DNA from: an uncultured Hyphomicrobiales bacterium
GTDB taxonomy: Bacteria > Pseudomonadota > Alphaproteobacteria > Rhizobiales > Beijerinckiaceae
Assembly: GCA_903932565.1 (NCBI GenBank)
Contig: CAIZGQ010000073.1
Coordinates: 699 to 64,698 of the forward strand
Length of the DNA: 64,000 nt
Reading direction: 5' to 3'
Part shown: positions 1 to 8,174 of the stretch, piece by piece
Layout of the letters: each line of letters begins with the position of its first letter
How positions within the stretch are numbered: the stretch's first letter is position 1
Notes under the pieces: generated by a model
Databases searched by the model: none
Seen by the model: the letters and a program-made list of their open reading frames with translations, nothing else
What the model was told of the DNA's origin: nothing
Translations under genes and position numbers: made by a program

Positions 1-130
1 CAATGTCGGCTATGGGTCTTATGGCACCAATACTCTGGGCTTTACCGGGAACATAACGGAGGCCGGTGTTTTCGCCGGGACTACCAGCGCAACCCTACAA
101 ACGAATATGCGAACCCAGTACGGCCTATGA
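1..130 (+). CDS. partial CDS, 3' end of an upstream gene (Gly/Thr/Asn-rich, fibre-like)
   Basis: Frame 2 is open from the window edge to TGA 128-130. The stop overlaps the next start (ATGA). Confidence 0.4.
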   Translation, partial: NVGYGSYGTNTLGFTGNITEAGVFAGTTSATLQTNMRTQYGL

Positions 131-2877
131 AGCGGATAATAGCAGTTTTATTAGCGCTGGTTGCTTTTCCGGCCCTTGCTTACTTCCCGCACGGTGTCGC
201 CACGATAGGTAAGGCGCAGATCAATCTCGGAACGCAAGAAATCACGGCTGGCGTCACGCTGAACCTATTCAATACATCAGGGATTTCATTCTTCAATGCC
301 ACGCAGGTAGCAGCAGTTGACGGCGATCTTCTCCCGATAAATACATTCACGAATACCGTTAATAATCTAGGCGGCCAATCCGATCCCACACTAAACACAC
401 TTGGACCCTATGTGTTTGGTTGGGATGCTGGCCGCAGTTGTTTCAGTATTGTTTTTAATGGAAATTTCACGGTCAACAGTTATTCTAATGCGGGCGTCAG
501 CAATAACGCCCCTTACAACTTAACAGTGACGGGAAATTGCAGCACTGCCGGGCAGGTCAATATTACATTCGCCGGTTTCCAGTCTTTCGCGTGGCACTTT
601 GACTCAGCGTACGTGTATTATGCATCTAACACTTCCGGCAAATTCTATATGGTGCGTGCGGATCGCAATGGCACTTATAACGACCTGAATGCGTATCTGG
701 CAGGGAACTACTGGACTCCTGAATTTATCAACCTTCTAAAGGGAATGAAGCCTGAATCCATCCGCACAATGGGGTGGACGCCGCAAACCAACCTTACGGT
801 AGAAAATTGGGCATATAGAAAGCAAACCTCAAATATAGGATGGTGGACTGTAGACCATCCACTGGGGACCAGATGCGGGGGGACGACTTCCTTCTGCACC
901 ATGTCAATTGCAGGATCGCCCCATGGTGGTGATATTACCTCGGCTGCGGCTGCGGACACCTCGCTGACATCTTGGGTGGATGGGGAGCAAATCACCGGAT
1001 GGATGCCGTCCACCATACCCGTTCTTTCTGTCTCGCTCGCCCAAAACAATGGTGGGTTCTGTCAGCTCACCGTTTCCGACACAACAAATCTGAATGTCGG
1101 GCAGCGCGTCGAGGTGCAGGGGATTCAAGGCACCAATCCATCGAATTACATGGATTGTGATACCAAGAATATTGGTAGCACCACGCAGACCGCGCTCATT
1201 ACGTCAATAGATACGCCCGGAACGAACGGTACCATCACGCTGGACCGTGCTTTCGGCACCAATCAACCGACAAGCTATGGTGCGGCGGTTTTAGGCTATC
1301 AAACCCTCGCGATTACCGGAGCTGGTGGTGGCAAGCCGCCAAAACTTATTACCGGCATTAATGCCACCCCCGGTGCCGTTTCATCCGGACCGGCATTGTT
1401 CACCTATAACAAATGGCTGGATAAGCTTATCTATGGTGGGGGCGGTGTTGTAAATCATCCCCCAATAGAAGCGATGGTCCAACTGGCCAACAAGGTAAAC
1501 GCCAACTATTGGTTCAACCTTCCGCCGATGGCGAGCGACGATTATGTTAAACAGTCACTTAACGCCATCTATTCAAATCTAAATGGCAATCTGAAATTGT
1601 TGCTGGAATATTCCAACGAGGTTTGGAACTCAGCTTTCGCACCGTCTCAGTATTCCGTAGCGATGGGTTCTGCAATTCATCTGGCTACTTGTTGCGCACC
1701 GTTTTTTGAAACAATGCGCATTCGCCAGATAATGGGTAACGTGGTTCCGACCACTTCATGGAATGGATCATCCCGTATTGAAAGACTATTCTGCGATCAG
1801 AGTGGGAACTCCAATACACTTCCGTATGCCAACGGTTCTATTTTCCCCTTCCCCGGTGATGCTACCTACCAAACTTATCAAGGGGCATATTCTGGCGTAA
1901 ATTACTCAGCCTCTCCCAATCGTCCGATAGATTTTGTCGATACCATTTGTTATGCGCCTTACACGGGCGGCGGAACGGCATTAAGTGGACAGTCTCCCGA
2001 TACTAAATATTTTGCAACGACATACGATAAGACATTGTTAGATGCCATCGTTTCCGCTTGCCCATCGGGGGTATGCAACTCAACAGCGATATCTCTGGTC
2101 GATCAATCAGTACGAGGTGATTACCTCAACCGAGTTCAAACTATAACGGCATCTGGGGCAACTTTCACCACGTCAGCCGCACACAATTTTAGCGTGAATG
2201 ATTATGTTAGATTTACGGTAGTCGGCGGGACGACGTACAGCGGAGTTGACGTAACTGCCCTTTATCAGGTGCTAAGTACCCCGCTGACAACAACCTTCAC
2301 CGTTGGGAAGATTGTCAACGGAGCTACTGGTTCCGCTGTCAATGCTGGATCATCCGGGACCGGCACGACTTCTGTCGGATATACGGTAACACAAACTCCG
2401 TTCGGAATGGCGTCCACTTGGTTCGATCAATCCGAGAGTGTTGCCAAGTCCATGACCAATAACAACACAGGATTATCGCCTAAGACGCGCTGGTATGAAG
2501 GATCGCTTGAAGTAACACCGCCAACCGTGTCCCAGTGCATTACCGCTGGATATTCATCTGGCGACGCCAATACTTATTGCGATAGTGTTGGCATCAATAA
2601 CGGTACGATGAACGGATATATTCAGAATGCCATTGTCGCCTGGAAGAACGACCCGATGTCCGCTGCAACGCAGAAACTTATTTTCGATATTTATAAAGGA
2701 ACCGTTTCAGGGTATCCAACTTCTGGAAATACGCAATCAATAGCACCGTCTCAACTTACTCTTTTGCAGGCCGTGCCTATCGCTCAAGCATGGTCGCTTG
2801 TTCCGAATACAAATCTAGGCACATTCACCCCATACCAGACTTATTACGGCTTCTCGCAATTCAGTTCTGCCCCATGA
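127..2877 (+). CDS. large exported protein, putative glycoside hydrolase / polysaccharide depolymerase
   Basis: 916-aa ORF with Sec-type signal MKRIIAVLLALVAFPALA|YFPHG. 'LLLEYSNEVWNS' resembles the NE acid/base strand of clan GH-A TIM-barrel hydrolases. Confidence 0.6.
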   Translation: MKRIIAVLLALVAFPALAYFPHGVATIGKAQINLGTQEITAGVTLNLFNTSGISFFNATQVAAVDGDLLPINTFTNTVNNLGGQSDPTLNTLGPYVFGWDAGRSCFSIVFNGNFTVNSYSNAGVSNNAPYNLTVTGNCSTAGQVNITFAGFQSFAWHFDSAYVYYASNTSGKFYMVRADRNGTYNDLNAYLAGNYWTPEFINLLKGMKPESIRTMGWTPQTNLTVENWAYRKQTSNIGWWTVDHPLGTRCGGTTSFCTMSIAGSPHGGDITSAAAADTSLTSWVDGEQITGWMPSTIPVLSVSLAQNNGGFCQLTVSDTTNLNVGQRVEVQGIQGTNPSNYMDCDTKNIGSTTQTALITSIDTPGTNGTITLDRAFGTNQPTSYGAAVLGYQTLAITGAGGGKPPKLITGINATPGAVSSGPALFTYNKWLDKLIYGGGGVVNHPPIEAMVQLANKVNANYWFNLPPMASDDYVKQSLNAIYSNLNGNLKLLLEYSNEVWNSAFAPSQYSVAMGSAIHLATCCAPFFETMRIRQIMGNVVPTTSWNGSSRIERLFCDQSGNSNTLPYANGSIFPFPGDATYQTYQGAYSGVNYSASPNRPIDFVDTICYAPYTGGGTALSGQSPDTKYFATTYDKTLLDAIVSACPSGVCNSTAISLVDQSVRGDYLNRVQTITASGATFTTSAAHNFSVNDYVRFTVVGGTTYSGVDVTALYQVLSTPLTTTFTVGKIVNGATGSAVNAGSSGTGTTSVGYTVTQTPFGMASTWFDQSESVAKSMTNNNTGLSPKTRWYEGSLEVTPPTVSQCITAGYSSGDANTYCDSVGINNGTMNGYIQNAIVAWKNDPMSAATQKLIFDIYKGTVSGYPTSGNTQSIAPSQLTLLQAVPIAQAWSLVPNTNLGTFTPYQTYYGFSQFSSAP

Positions 2878-3731
2878 TAACCCGCCGCTCATTCATCGGC
2901 GGACTTGGGGCGATGGCCTGTACTCCCGTGCAAGCCTATTTCCCGCACGGCAACGCCAGCAAGTTCATTATGAATCTGGTTTGGGAAACGTCGGCTCTAT
3001 CTGCTCCGCAGGGATTTAGGGACGCCGCGGTATCGGCGGCTAAAATGATTAGCAACGCATTCCCGCTTACCAACATCACGTTCAATATGCTGGTTGGATA
3101 TGACGACTATAACAACGGCGCGGTGACTGGACTTGGCGTGAACTCGCAAGGCGGGGATAGTGCTGCCCTAGTTCAATTCGTTACCTACTCTAATTATAGA
3201 GCGGCGTATCTAGGTGTCGCCACCATACCGAACGCAGTCACATTCTCCAATTCTCTTACTGCTGGTACATCCATCAACGGACATAACTCAGGCTATGTCC
3301 CAAGCGGAACCTTGAAGGCTGTTGGTTTGTTGTCTGGTACGAATGGGGCGGTTGATGGCCAGGTGGGTATTGGTGCAAGCATAGGATCTGGGAATCTAGT
3401 CGGGGTGTTCCTGCACGAAATGACTCACGCGATGGGGCGCGAATCCGGCATCTTCTCCTATAACCTTGCGAGGTTTACTGCCGTAGGCACTAGGGATTGG
3501 AGCGCCGGTTCTCCGGGATATCCGACCGTGGCGACCTATTTCTCATTGGATGGTGGGACAACTCAACTGGCAGACTTCGGGACAGCGCAAGATACCAGCG
3601 ATTTCAAAAATAGCGGACAGCAGGACACCGGAGGTCTAACGGATGCCCTTGACGAATTTTATTCGGGGAGCAGCCGCCAAGTGATGACCACCGTCGATAT
3701 CCAGATGATGAATGCGCTGGGGTATCAGTAG
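2874..3731 (+). CDS. exported zinc-metalloprotease-like protein (HExxH)
   Basis: ATGA-coupled start at 2874. Twin-arginine signal MITRRSFIGGLGAMACTPVQA|YFPHG. Zincin motif 'FLHEMTHAMG'. Confidence 0.6.
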   Translation: MITRRSFIGGLGAMACTPVQAYFPHGNASKFIMNLVWETSALSAPQGFRDAAVSAAKMISNAFPLTNITFNMLVGYDDYNNGAVTGLGVNSQGGDSAALVQFVTYSNYRAAYLGVATIPNAVTFSNSLTAGTSINGHNSGYVPSGTLKAVGLLSGTNGAVDGQVGIGASIGSGNLVGVFLHEMTHAMGRESGIFSYNLARFTAVGTRDWSAGSPGYPTVATYFSLDGGTTQLADFGTAQDTSDFKNSGQQDTGGLTDALDEFYSGSSRQVMTTVDIQMMNALGYQ

Positions 3732-3751
3732 ACGTATATGTGATGATTAGG

Positions 3752-3949
3752 TCATTCTCCGGGAAATGAAACGCCATCCCCGACCATTCCGCAGTCGCAA
3801 CAAAATCCGGGCTGATCATAGCGAAATCGGCCAATCTCTGGCGTCTTGCGGTGGTAATATCTAAGCCAGCATCGAATACGCCGAATGCGCCATTTGATTT
3901 TCTCAAGTTTGCTTAGTCGTTGTCGTCCGGGTAAGTATGGACAAGGCAT
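3752..3949 (-). CDS. hypothetical small Arg/Cys-rich protein
   Basis: 65-aa ORF, the only candidate in the gap after 3731. Weak RBS and no recognisable family. Confidence 0.25.
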   Translation of the reverse strand: MPCPYLPGRQRLSKLEKIKWRIRRIRCWLRYYHRKTPEIGRFRYDQPGFCCDCGMVGDGVSFPGE

Positions 3950-3991
3950 TTTTAAACCTTCCTAATCTGCTGAGATACGTCGCGAAGCATT

Positions 3992-4189
3992 CTACCTATT
4001 CACGAAAGACGGACATCGTCTTTCTTTCTTATGCCATTTGTAGGCAGCAATGATCGCGTCTTTTGCCTCAATACGAAACGTTTCCCAATAGACGCACCCT
4101 CCGCCAACACAATGAACGCATACGCCTCCTTCGCCATTGTGTGGACGTCCTGCCGCTTCGCAAATCGCTCGGGCTACTTCGTCAACCAT
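3992..4189 (-). CDS. hypothetical small Cys-rich protein
   Basis: 65-aa ORF, last gene of the leftward array, with a 'CVHCVGGGC' cluster. Confidence 0.5.
   Translation of the reverse strand: MVDEVARAICEAAGRPHNGEGGVCVHCVGGGCVYWETFRIEAKDAIIAAYKWHKKERRCPSFVNR
4004..4030 (+). terminator. hairpin plus T-rich tail, possible terminator of the rightward genes 127-3731
   Basis: GAAAGACG-gacat-CGTCTTTC followed by TTTCTT. It lies inside the 3' end of minus-strand ORF 3992-4189. Confidence 0.3.
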
Positions 4190-4238
4190 TCTTCGTATCC
4201 TGTCTATCTGCGTGAGCTATAGTTCACAGTGCTATAGC

Positions 4239-4391
4239 TCAGTTTTGCTGTTCTTTCACGGCCTCCGCGACCGCCTCCCAATACCCTATGCCGCAGTGGA
4301 TGCAGCGCATGGTCCGCTTGTCGAAGGCGTGGCCGTTCCGGTCCCGTATGGGATAATCGACGCGGCGCACCGGTTTTGGCGTATGATCCAT
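4239..4391 (-). CDS. hypothetical 50-aa protein (below the ORF-track cutoff)
   Basis: ATG at 4391 to TGA at 4239: MDHTPKPVRRVDYPIRDRNGHAFDKRTMRCIHCGIGYWEAVAEAVKEQQN. It fills a gap in the same-strand array. Confidence 0.4.
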   Translation of the reverse strand: MDHTPKPVRRVDYPIRDRNGHAFDKRTMRCIHCGIGYWEAVAEAVKEQQN

Positions 4392-4430
4392 GCGTTATAC
4401 TCAATCCGCGATCTGCGTATAAACGACGCG

Positions 4431-4604
4431 TTAACGAAAGCGATCTAGGCGATCCTCATCCGGGTGAAACGCCTTAACTACATGCGCCACTCCCGGCATC
4501 GCGAACGCCTTTTGCAGCGCCTCATCCTCAGTAACCGCCGATACCTCTATTTCGTCGTCCACTAGCCTCATAATGTGGACCAAGAAAGTTGTCTCCGCTC
4601 CCAT
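4431..4604 (-). CDS. hypothetical 57-aa protein (below the ORF-track cutoff)
   Basis: Strong RBS AGGAGGGG just upstream of the ATG at 4604. MGAETTFLVHIMRLVDDEIEVSAVTEDEALQKAF... Confidence 0.5.
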   Translation of the reverse strand: MGAETTFLVHIMRLVDDEIEVSAVTEDEALQKAFAMPGVAHVVKAFHPDEDRLDRFR

Positions 4605-4633
4605 CAACCCCTCCTATACTTGCCGTTTACGAA

Positions 4634-4798
4634 ACCACTTAGCTAGCTGAGCAACCCGGTACCCTACGACAGTTTCGGTGTCCCCGCGTCTTTCACGGGC
4701 CTATCTGGGGAGTCACCCCAGCATATCGCAAGGCTCTGTATGCTCCTGTTGCTCGGAGAACTGACTAGGTTATTTTTCCCGTCAGCTAGCTAAATGGT
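4634..4798. other. structured non-coding element: long-range helix closing a ~130-nt multi-hairpin domain
   Basis: 4634-4650 pairs with 4782-4798 (16 of 17 bp; cores TTAGCTAGCTGA / TCAGCTAGCTAA). Internal hairpins are CTGGGG-agtca-CCCCAG (4705-4721) and GCATA-n13-TATGC (4721-4743). No ORF of 60 aa or more lies here. Confidence 0.3.
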
Positions 4799-4892
4799 CG
4801 TCCTGCGGTTCCCTGCTGTTCCAGTTTCCAACCCTGACTGACGCGATCCCTGTAATCATTCGTTAATCAGTTCACGACTTCTTTAAGCATGG

Positions 4893-4917
4893 CTGGAGTT
4901 TCTCTCCAGTTGTTTTG
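4893..4917 (+). terminator. terminator-like hairpin on the plus strand inside a minus-strand gene array
   Basis: CTGGAG-tttct-CTCCAG followed by TTGTTTTG. Confidence 0.25.
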
Positions 4918-5019
4918 CGGTGGCCTAATACATTTTCAGTACTGTCAATGATTTCAATCATGGCTTCCTTCCCATACCCGAGGTTAAGTCGTTACGTTGT
5001 CCAGTGGTTTGCGCGTAAT

Positions 5020-5868
5020 TCACGCGGGTTCTTTCCATAGCGGGACGAGGGACATCTGTGATGGATCGTGCACCTCGCAACTTTCCTCACACCCGCCATT
5101 TTGGTCTAGCTCGCGAATGTCGATGAATGTTTCAAAGGGATCGCGCGCCAATTCGATTATGTCTTTGGCAGTTCGTTTGTCTCGAAAGAAAACCCGCCTG
5201 CCTTCGCCGCCGCCAGAAAGACCGTGCTTTTCTTCCATCTGCATCGCGAACTTGAAAACTTGTGGCGTTTCCTTAGCGAGCGTTAAGTGCTTACGGAGCG
5301 ACTTCTTCCAGCACCATACGCAGTTGCCGCGATGCTCTGGAACTTCAAGGTCAAACGGCTGCTTATCCCAAAAGGCGAAAACGTCCGCTTTTTTGATCCT
5401 AGCATCGCAGAGCGGGTAACAGAGGCCCTGTTCGACAAAGTTCGGATTAACGCGATCCATTTCATCCGCCCGGATACCAATTGCGGTTCGGTAGCTCCCC
5501 TTCTCCCAGCCAATCGACCGTACATAGCTGTTGATCGGGTTTAGCTTTAGCTCCCTAGTGCAATGCGGATAGTTCTTGTTCGGGATTCCATATTTTTCAA
5601 TCATCCGCTCAAATAGCGATGTGTCACGGGTCGCCGTCTCGAATGTTACAATCTTATGGGTGCTGCCCTTACCCTTGGGTTGGACCACGAGTTCGACCCA
5701 AACAATATCTAGTCCCCATTCGACGGCGCAGCGGTTGACAAACTCAAGCGTCCGATTGTCCTCTTGCCCCGTATTGGCAAAGACGATCTGCTTTTCCGGC
5801 AAATCCCTGAGCATGTAAGTCATCATTCCAGATGTCCTGCCGCCGCTGAAGCTGATTAGAGTCCGCAA
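5020..5868 (-). CDS. PAPS-reductase-family PP-loop ATPase
   Basis: N-terminal PP-loop 'ISFSGGRTS' and a C-terminal Cys cluster 'GNCVWCWKKS'. 282-aa ORF. Confidence 0.8.
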   Translation of the reverse strand: MRTLISFSGGRTSGMMTYMLRDLPEKQIVFANTGQEDNRTLEFVNRCAVEWGLDIVWVELVVQPKGKGSTHKIVTFETATRDTSLFERMIEKYGIPNKNYPHCTRELKLNPINSYVRSIGWEKGSYRTAIGIRADEMDRVNPNFVEQGLCYPLCDARIKKADVFAFWDKQPFDLEVPEHRGNCVWCWKKSLRKHLTLAKETPQVFKFAMQMEEKHGLSGGGEGRRVFFRDKRTAKDIIELARDPFETFIDIRELDQNGGCEESCEVHDPSQMSLVPLWKEPA

Positions 5869-5878
5869 TGATCATTCC

Positions 5879-6040
5879 TTAAGTGGTGTTTTGCTTCTCT
5901 GTCTTTCGCGCCTGTTCCTCGACCGCCGCGTGAAGTCTTCGCAAGGCTGCTTGCAAATATGCTTCGCTGCATAGCGCGTCGATAAACCACAGGCCCTCGT
6001 CCTCGGCCTGCTCGTTTACGATGGCGATCAGTTCATCCAT
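5879..6040 (-). CDS. hypothetical 53-aa protein
   Basis: MDELIAIVNEQAEDEGLWFIDALCSEAYLQAALRRLHAAVEEQARKTEKQNTT. Its start overlaps the upstream stop (ATGGATGA). Confidence 0.4.
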   Translation of the reverse strand: MDELIAIVNEQAEDEGLWFIDALCSEAYLQAALRRLHAAVEEQARKTEKQNTT

Positions 6041-6167
6041 CGGACTTTCCTATTGCGGTCATTAACTTCTTCATGTCTCCGGATCTCATGGCCTCACTGA
6101 GTAATTTAACGATTACCTCGACGGCAATCTTGGCATCGTTCAAATGACCAAGAATTGCTCGGATCAT
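6033..6167 (-). CDS. hypothetical 44-aa protein
   Basis: MIRAILGHLNDAKIAVEVIVKLLSEAMRSGDMKKLMTAIGKSDG. Tightly packed between neighbouring genes. Confidence 0.3.
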   Translation of the reverse strand: MIRAILGHLNDAKIAVEVIVKLLSEAMRSGDMKKLMTAIGKSDG

Positions 6168-6168
6168 G

Positions 6169-6426
6169 TTACGCGCCAGCAGGTTTTCCAAATGCGCCAC
6201 AAAACCCTACCGGATCAGTAGATCCGGGGCGATCGACACCGCGCCATGCCATGCAATCAGATGCGATGCAGCGAGCATTTACGACCTTATCTTCTCTCAT
6301 CGGTGTGCGATTGACGGCAACAGACACCCACTCTTCAGTATCCTTGCCACCTAAATCTTCAGACACCATCACGCGAGCGTGTGGGCACCACTTCTTTAGC
6401 GCTTCTTTTTCCAGCAAAATGGCCAC
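6169..6426 (-). CDS. hypothetical Cys-containing protein
   Basis: 85-aa ORF. GTG start preceded by GGAGGAGG. Confidence 0.55.
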   Translation of the reverse strand: MAILLEKEALKKWCPHARVMVSEDLGGKDTEEWVSVAVNRTPMREDKVVNARCIASDCMAWRGVDRPGSTDPVGFCGAFGKPAGA

Positions 6427-6700
6427 GATTTATTACCTCCTCCAGTTTGGACTGATGTGCAGCAACGTCTCGTGGCCAGTCAGGCCAGTCAGGTAAGCAT
6501 CCATCTTCGACTAAAAAATGTTCGTGGATCAGATATGCCAGCCTAGCGATGTATGGCGGCAGCAGTTTCTTTCCGCGCTCATACTCACCGATTCGATGGG
6601 AGTTATTCCGCTCGGAGCCGACGTAGCCAAGCTCCTCGGCAAACTGCGCAGTTGTCAGTCCCATGCTCTGGCGGATGTTCCTGAATTCCTTCGGCGTCAT
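6359..6700 (-). CDS. XRE-family helix-turn-helix regulator
   Basis: 'FRNIRQSMGLTTAQFAEELGYV' is a typical HTH_XRE N-terminus. The 3' end overlaps the next gene by 68 nt. Confidence 0.7.
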   Translation of the reverse strand: MTPKEFRNIRQSMGLTTAQFAEELGYVGSERNNSHRIGEYERGKKLLPPYIARLAYLIHEHFLVEDGCLPDWPDWPRDVAAHQSKLEEVINRGHFAGKRSAKEVVPTRSRDGV

Positions 6701-6918
6701 CAGGTCGACCTTCCAGCGACGTTTAGGGCCACTCTGGCGCGATTGTACGTTTCCACTGCCTGACCCTCGTCCCGGCCAAGAAACCGCATCAGGACTGTCG
6801 GGTGGCCCTCTATGGGATCACCCTCGATCGACAGATAGTGGCCCCCACGCTTGCGCAAATGGCGCATGATGGCACCACCCAGCGGGCCGACGATGTCCTC
6901 TTGGAGAATGTCAGCCAT
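6700..6918 (-). CDS. hypothetical protein
   Basis: 72-aa ORF in the operon array. Confidence 0.5.
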   Translation of the reverse strand: MADILQEDIVGPLGGAIMRHLRKRGGHYLSIEGDPIEGHPTVLMRFLGRDEGQAVETYNRARVALNVAGRST

Positions 6919-7141
6919 TTTTAAGCCTTTCCAGAACGCGATTTGCTGCCTCAGATATAGGCCTCATGCCCGGAACTGATGCGAGGATTTCAAGATCCTG
7001 ATCGTGACCTGAGATGATTCCTTCCGCGGACAATAGTTCACGGAATTCCTTCTCATGAATAGCGCCGCTGCGGAAACGATCGCGAATGCGCTGCAGGCGG
7101 TCTAGGCGTAGCTGGTACATTGGGTTCAGATTTCCGGTCAT
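6911..7141 (-). CDS. hypothetical protein
   Basis: Start chosen at ATG 7141, behind GGAGGAAG. 76 aa (MTGNLNPMYQLRLDRLQ...). Confidence 0.5.
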   Translation of the reverse strand: MTGNLNPMYQLRLDRLQRIRDRFRSGAIHEKEFRELLSAEGIISGHDQDLEILASVPGMRPISEAANRVLERLKNG

Positions 7142-7209
7142 GACTTCCTCCGAGAGAGAGGCCCCTGCCAAACTATAGCAGGGGCCCGCCGCACCTCCGA
7201 TACCTCCTG

Positions 7210-8091
7210 TTACGCGGCTTCCTTCCACCCCTTGAGTTCTGCCATACGCTGGGCCAAGATCCACAGTGCCCGGTTCAGTTTGACGTCCTGATCGATGCCG
7301 TTGACCTGACGGGTCGACACGTTGCGGCGAACATTGTTGGCGTCGACAGTAACGCCATGCAGGCCACCGCGGATCACGTTCTCTTGGATCACGTTGAAGT
7401 TGGTCCAGAGATTGTTTTCCTGATCGTCGCGGCGGCGAACCTGCAGCAACTGATCGGCTTGGATCGGCGTATTGACGTTGCCTTCCGCGTCAGCAAAGCG
7501 AACGGCGCGGGCAGCTTCAGCAAACGCCAGTTTCTCGTCACGATCGAGCTGGATCTGAGCCCAATCCTGCGGGGCAGCGAGCGCCAACTTGGAATTCTCC
7601 ACCACCGAGTAGGTGCCTTCGATGACCTTGTTGACGATATCCTTGCCCGTGTGACGGACCTTGACGGTGTCGATCGTGCCCATGTGAGCAACGAGGCTGT
7701 TCATGCAGCGGATGCGCCACAAGGCAGACAGGAGCTCATACTGAGCGGTGCCGTCGTTAGCGTTCTTGAGAAGCGATTCGACCACGGTGTCGCCAACCCG
7801 GAAAGAGGTGTCGGCATCCATGCGACGAAGGCGAAGCAAGTGCTTGGTGAAGTCGGCCTTGCCGGGAACGCGGCTCTTGCCCTGCTTCACGCCAACAACC
7901 TCAAAACCTTCCTTCTTGAGGCCGCGAACGATCTCAATGGTGGGGATCGGGGCAAAACGCTCAGAGCGCGATTCGTGGGCGGTGACAGCGAACACCGACG
8001 GAGCAATCTTGAAGATCTCGTCTTCCGTCATGCCGCGACCTGCGTCGAAGCGGGCGTGATTTCCGTAGGTGGTGTTGATGCGGTCAAGCAT
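7210..8091 (-). CDS. DUF932-family phage/plasmid protein
   Basis: 'LLKNANDGTAQYELLSALWRIRCMNSLV' matches the DUF932 core (NShDG...fR..C.NG). Confidence 0.75.
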   Translation of the reverse strand: MLDRINTTYGNHARFDAGRGMTEDEIFKIAPSVFAVTAHESRSERFAPIPTIEIVRGLKKEGFEVVGVKQGKSRVPGKADFTKHLLRLRRMDADTSFRVGDTVVESLLKNANDGTAQYELLSALWRIRCMNSLVAHMGTIDTVKVRHTGKDIVNKVIEGTYSVVENSKLALAAPQDWAQIQLDRDEKLAFAEAARAVRFADAEGNVNTPIQADQLLQVRRRDDQENNLWTNFNVIQENVIRGGLHGVTVDANNVRRNVSTRQVNGIDQDVKLNRALWILAQRMAELKGWKEAA

Positions 8092-8174
8092 TGGTCTAAT
8101 CCTAGTTTCTGTCAGGCCTCCATGGCCCGATCCAGTAGTTGGGTTCTAGCATGTGGGTTTTTGGGTGTCAACAT

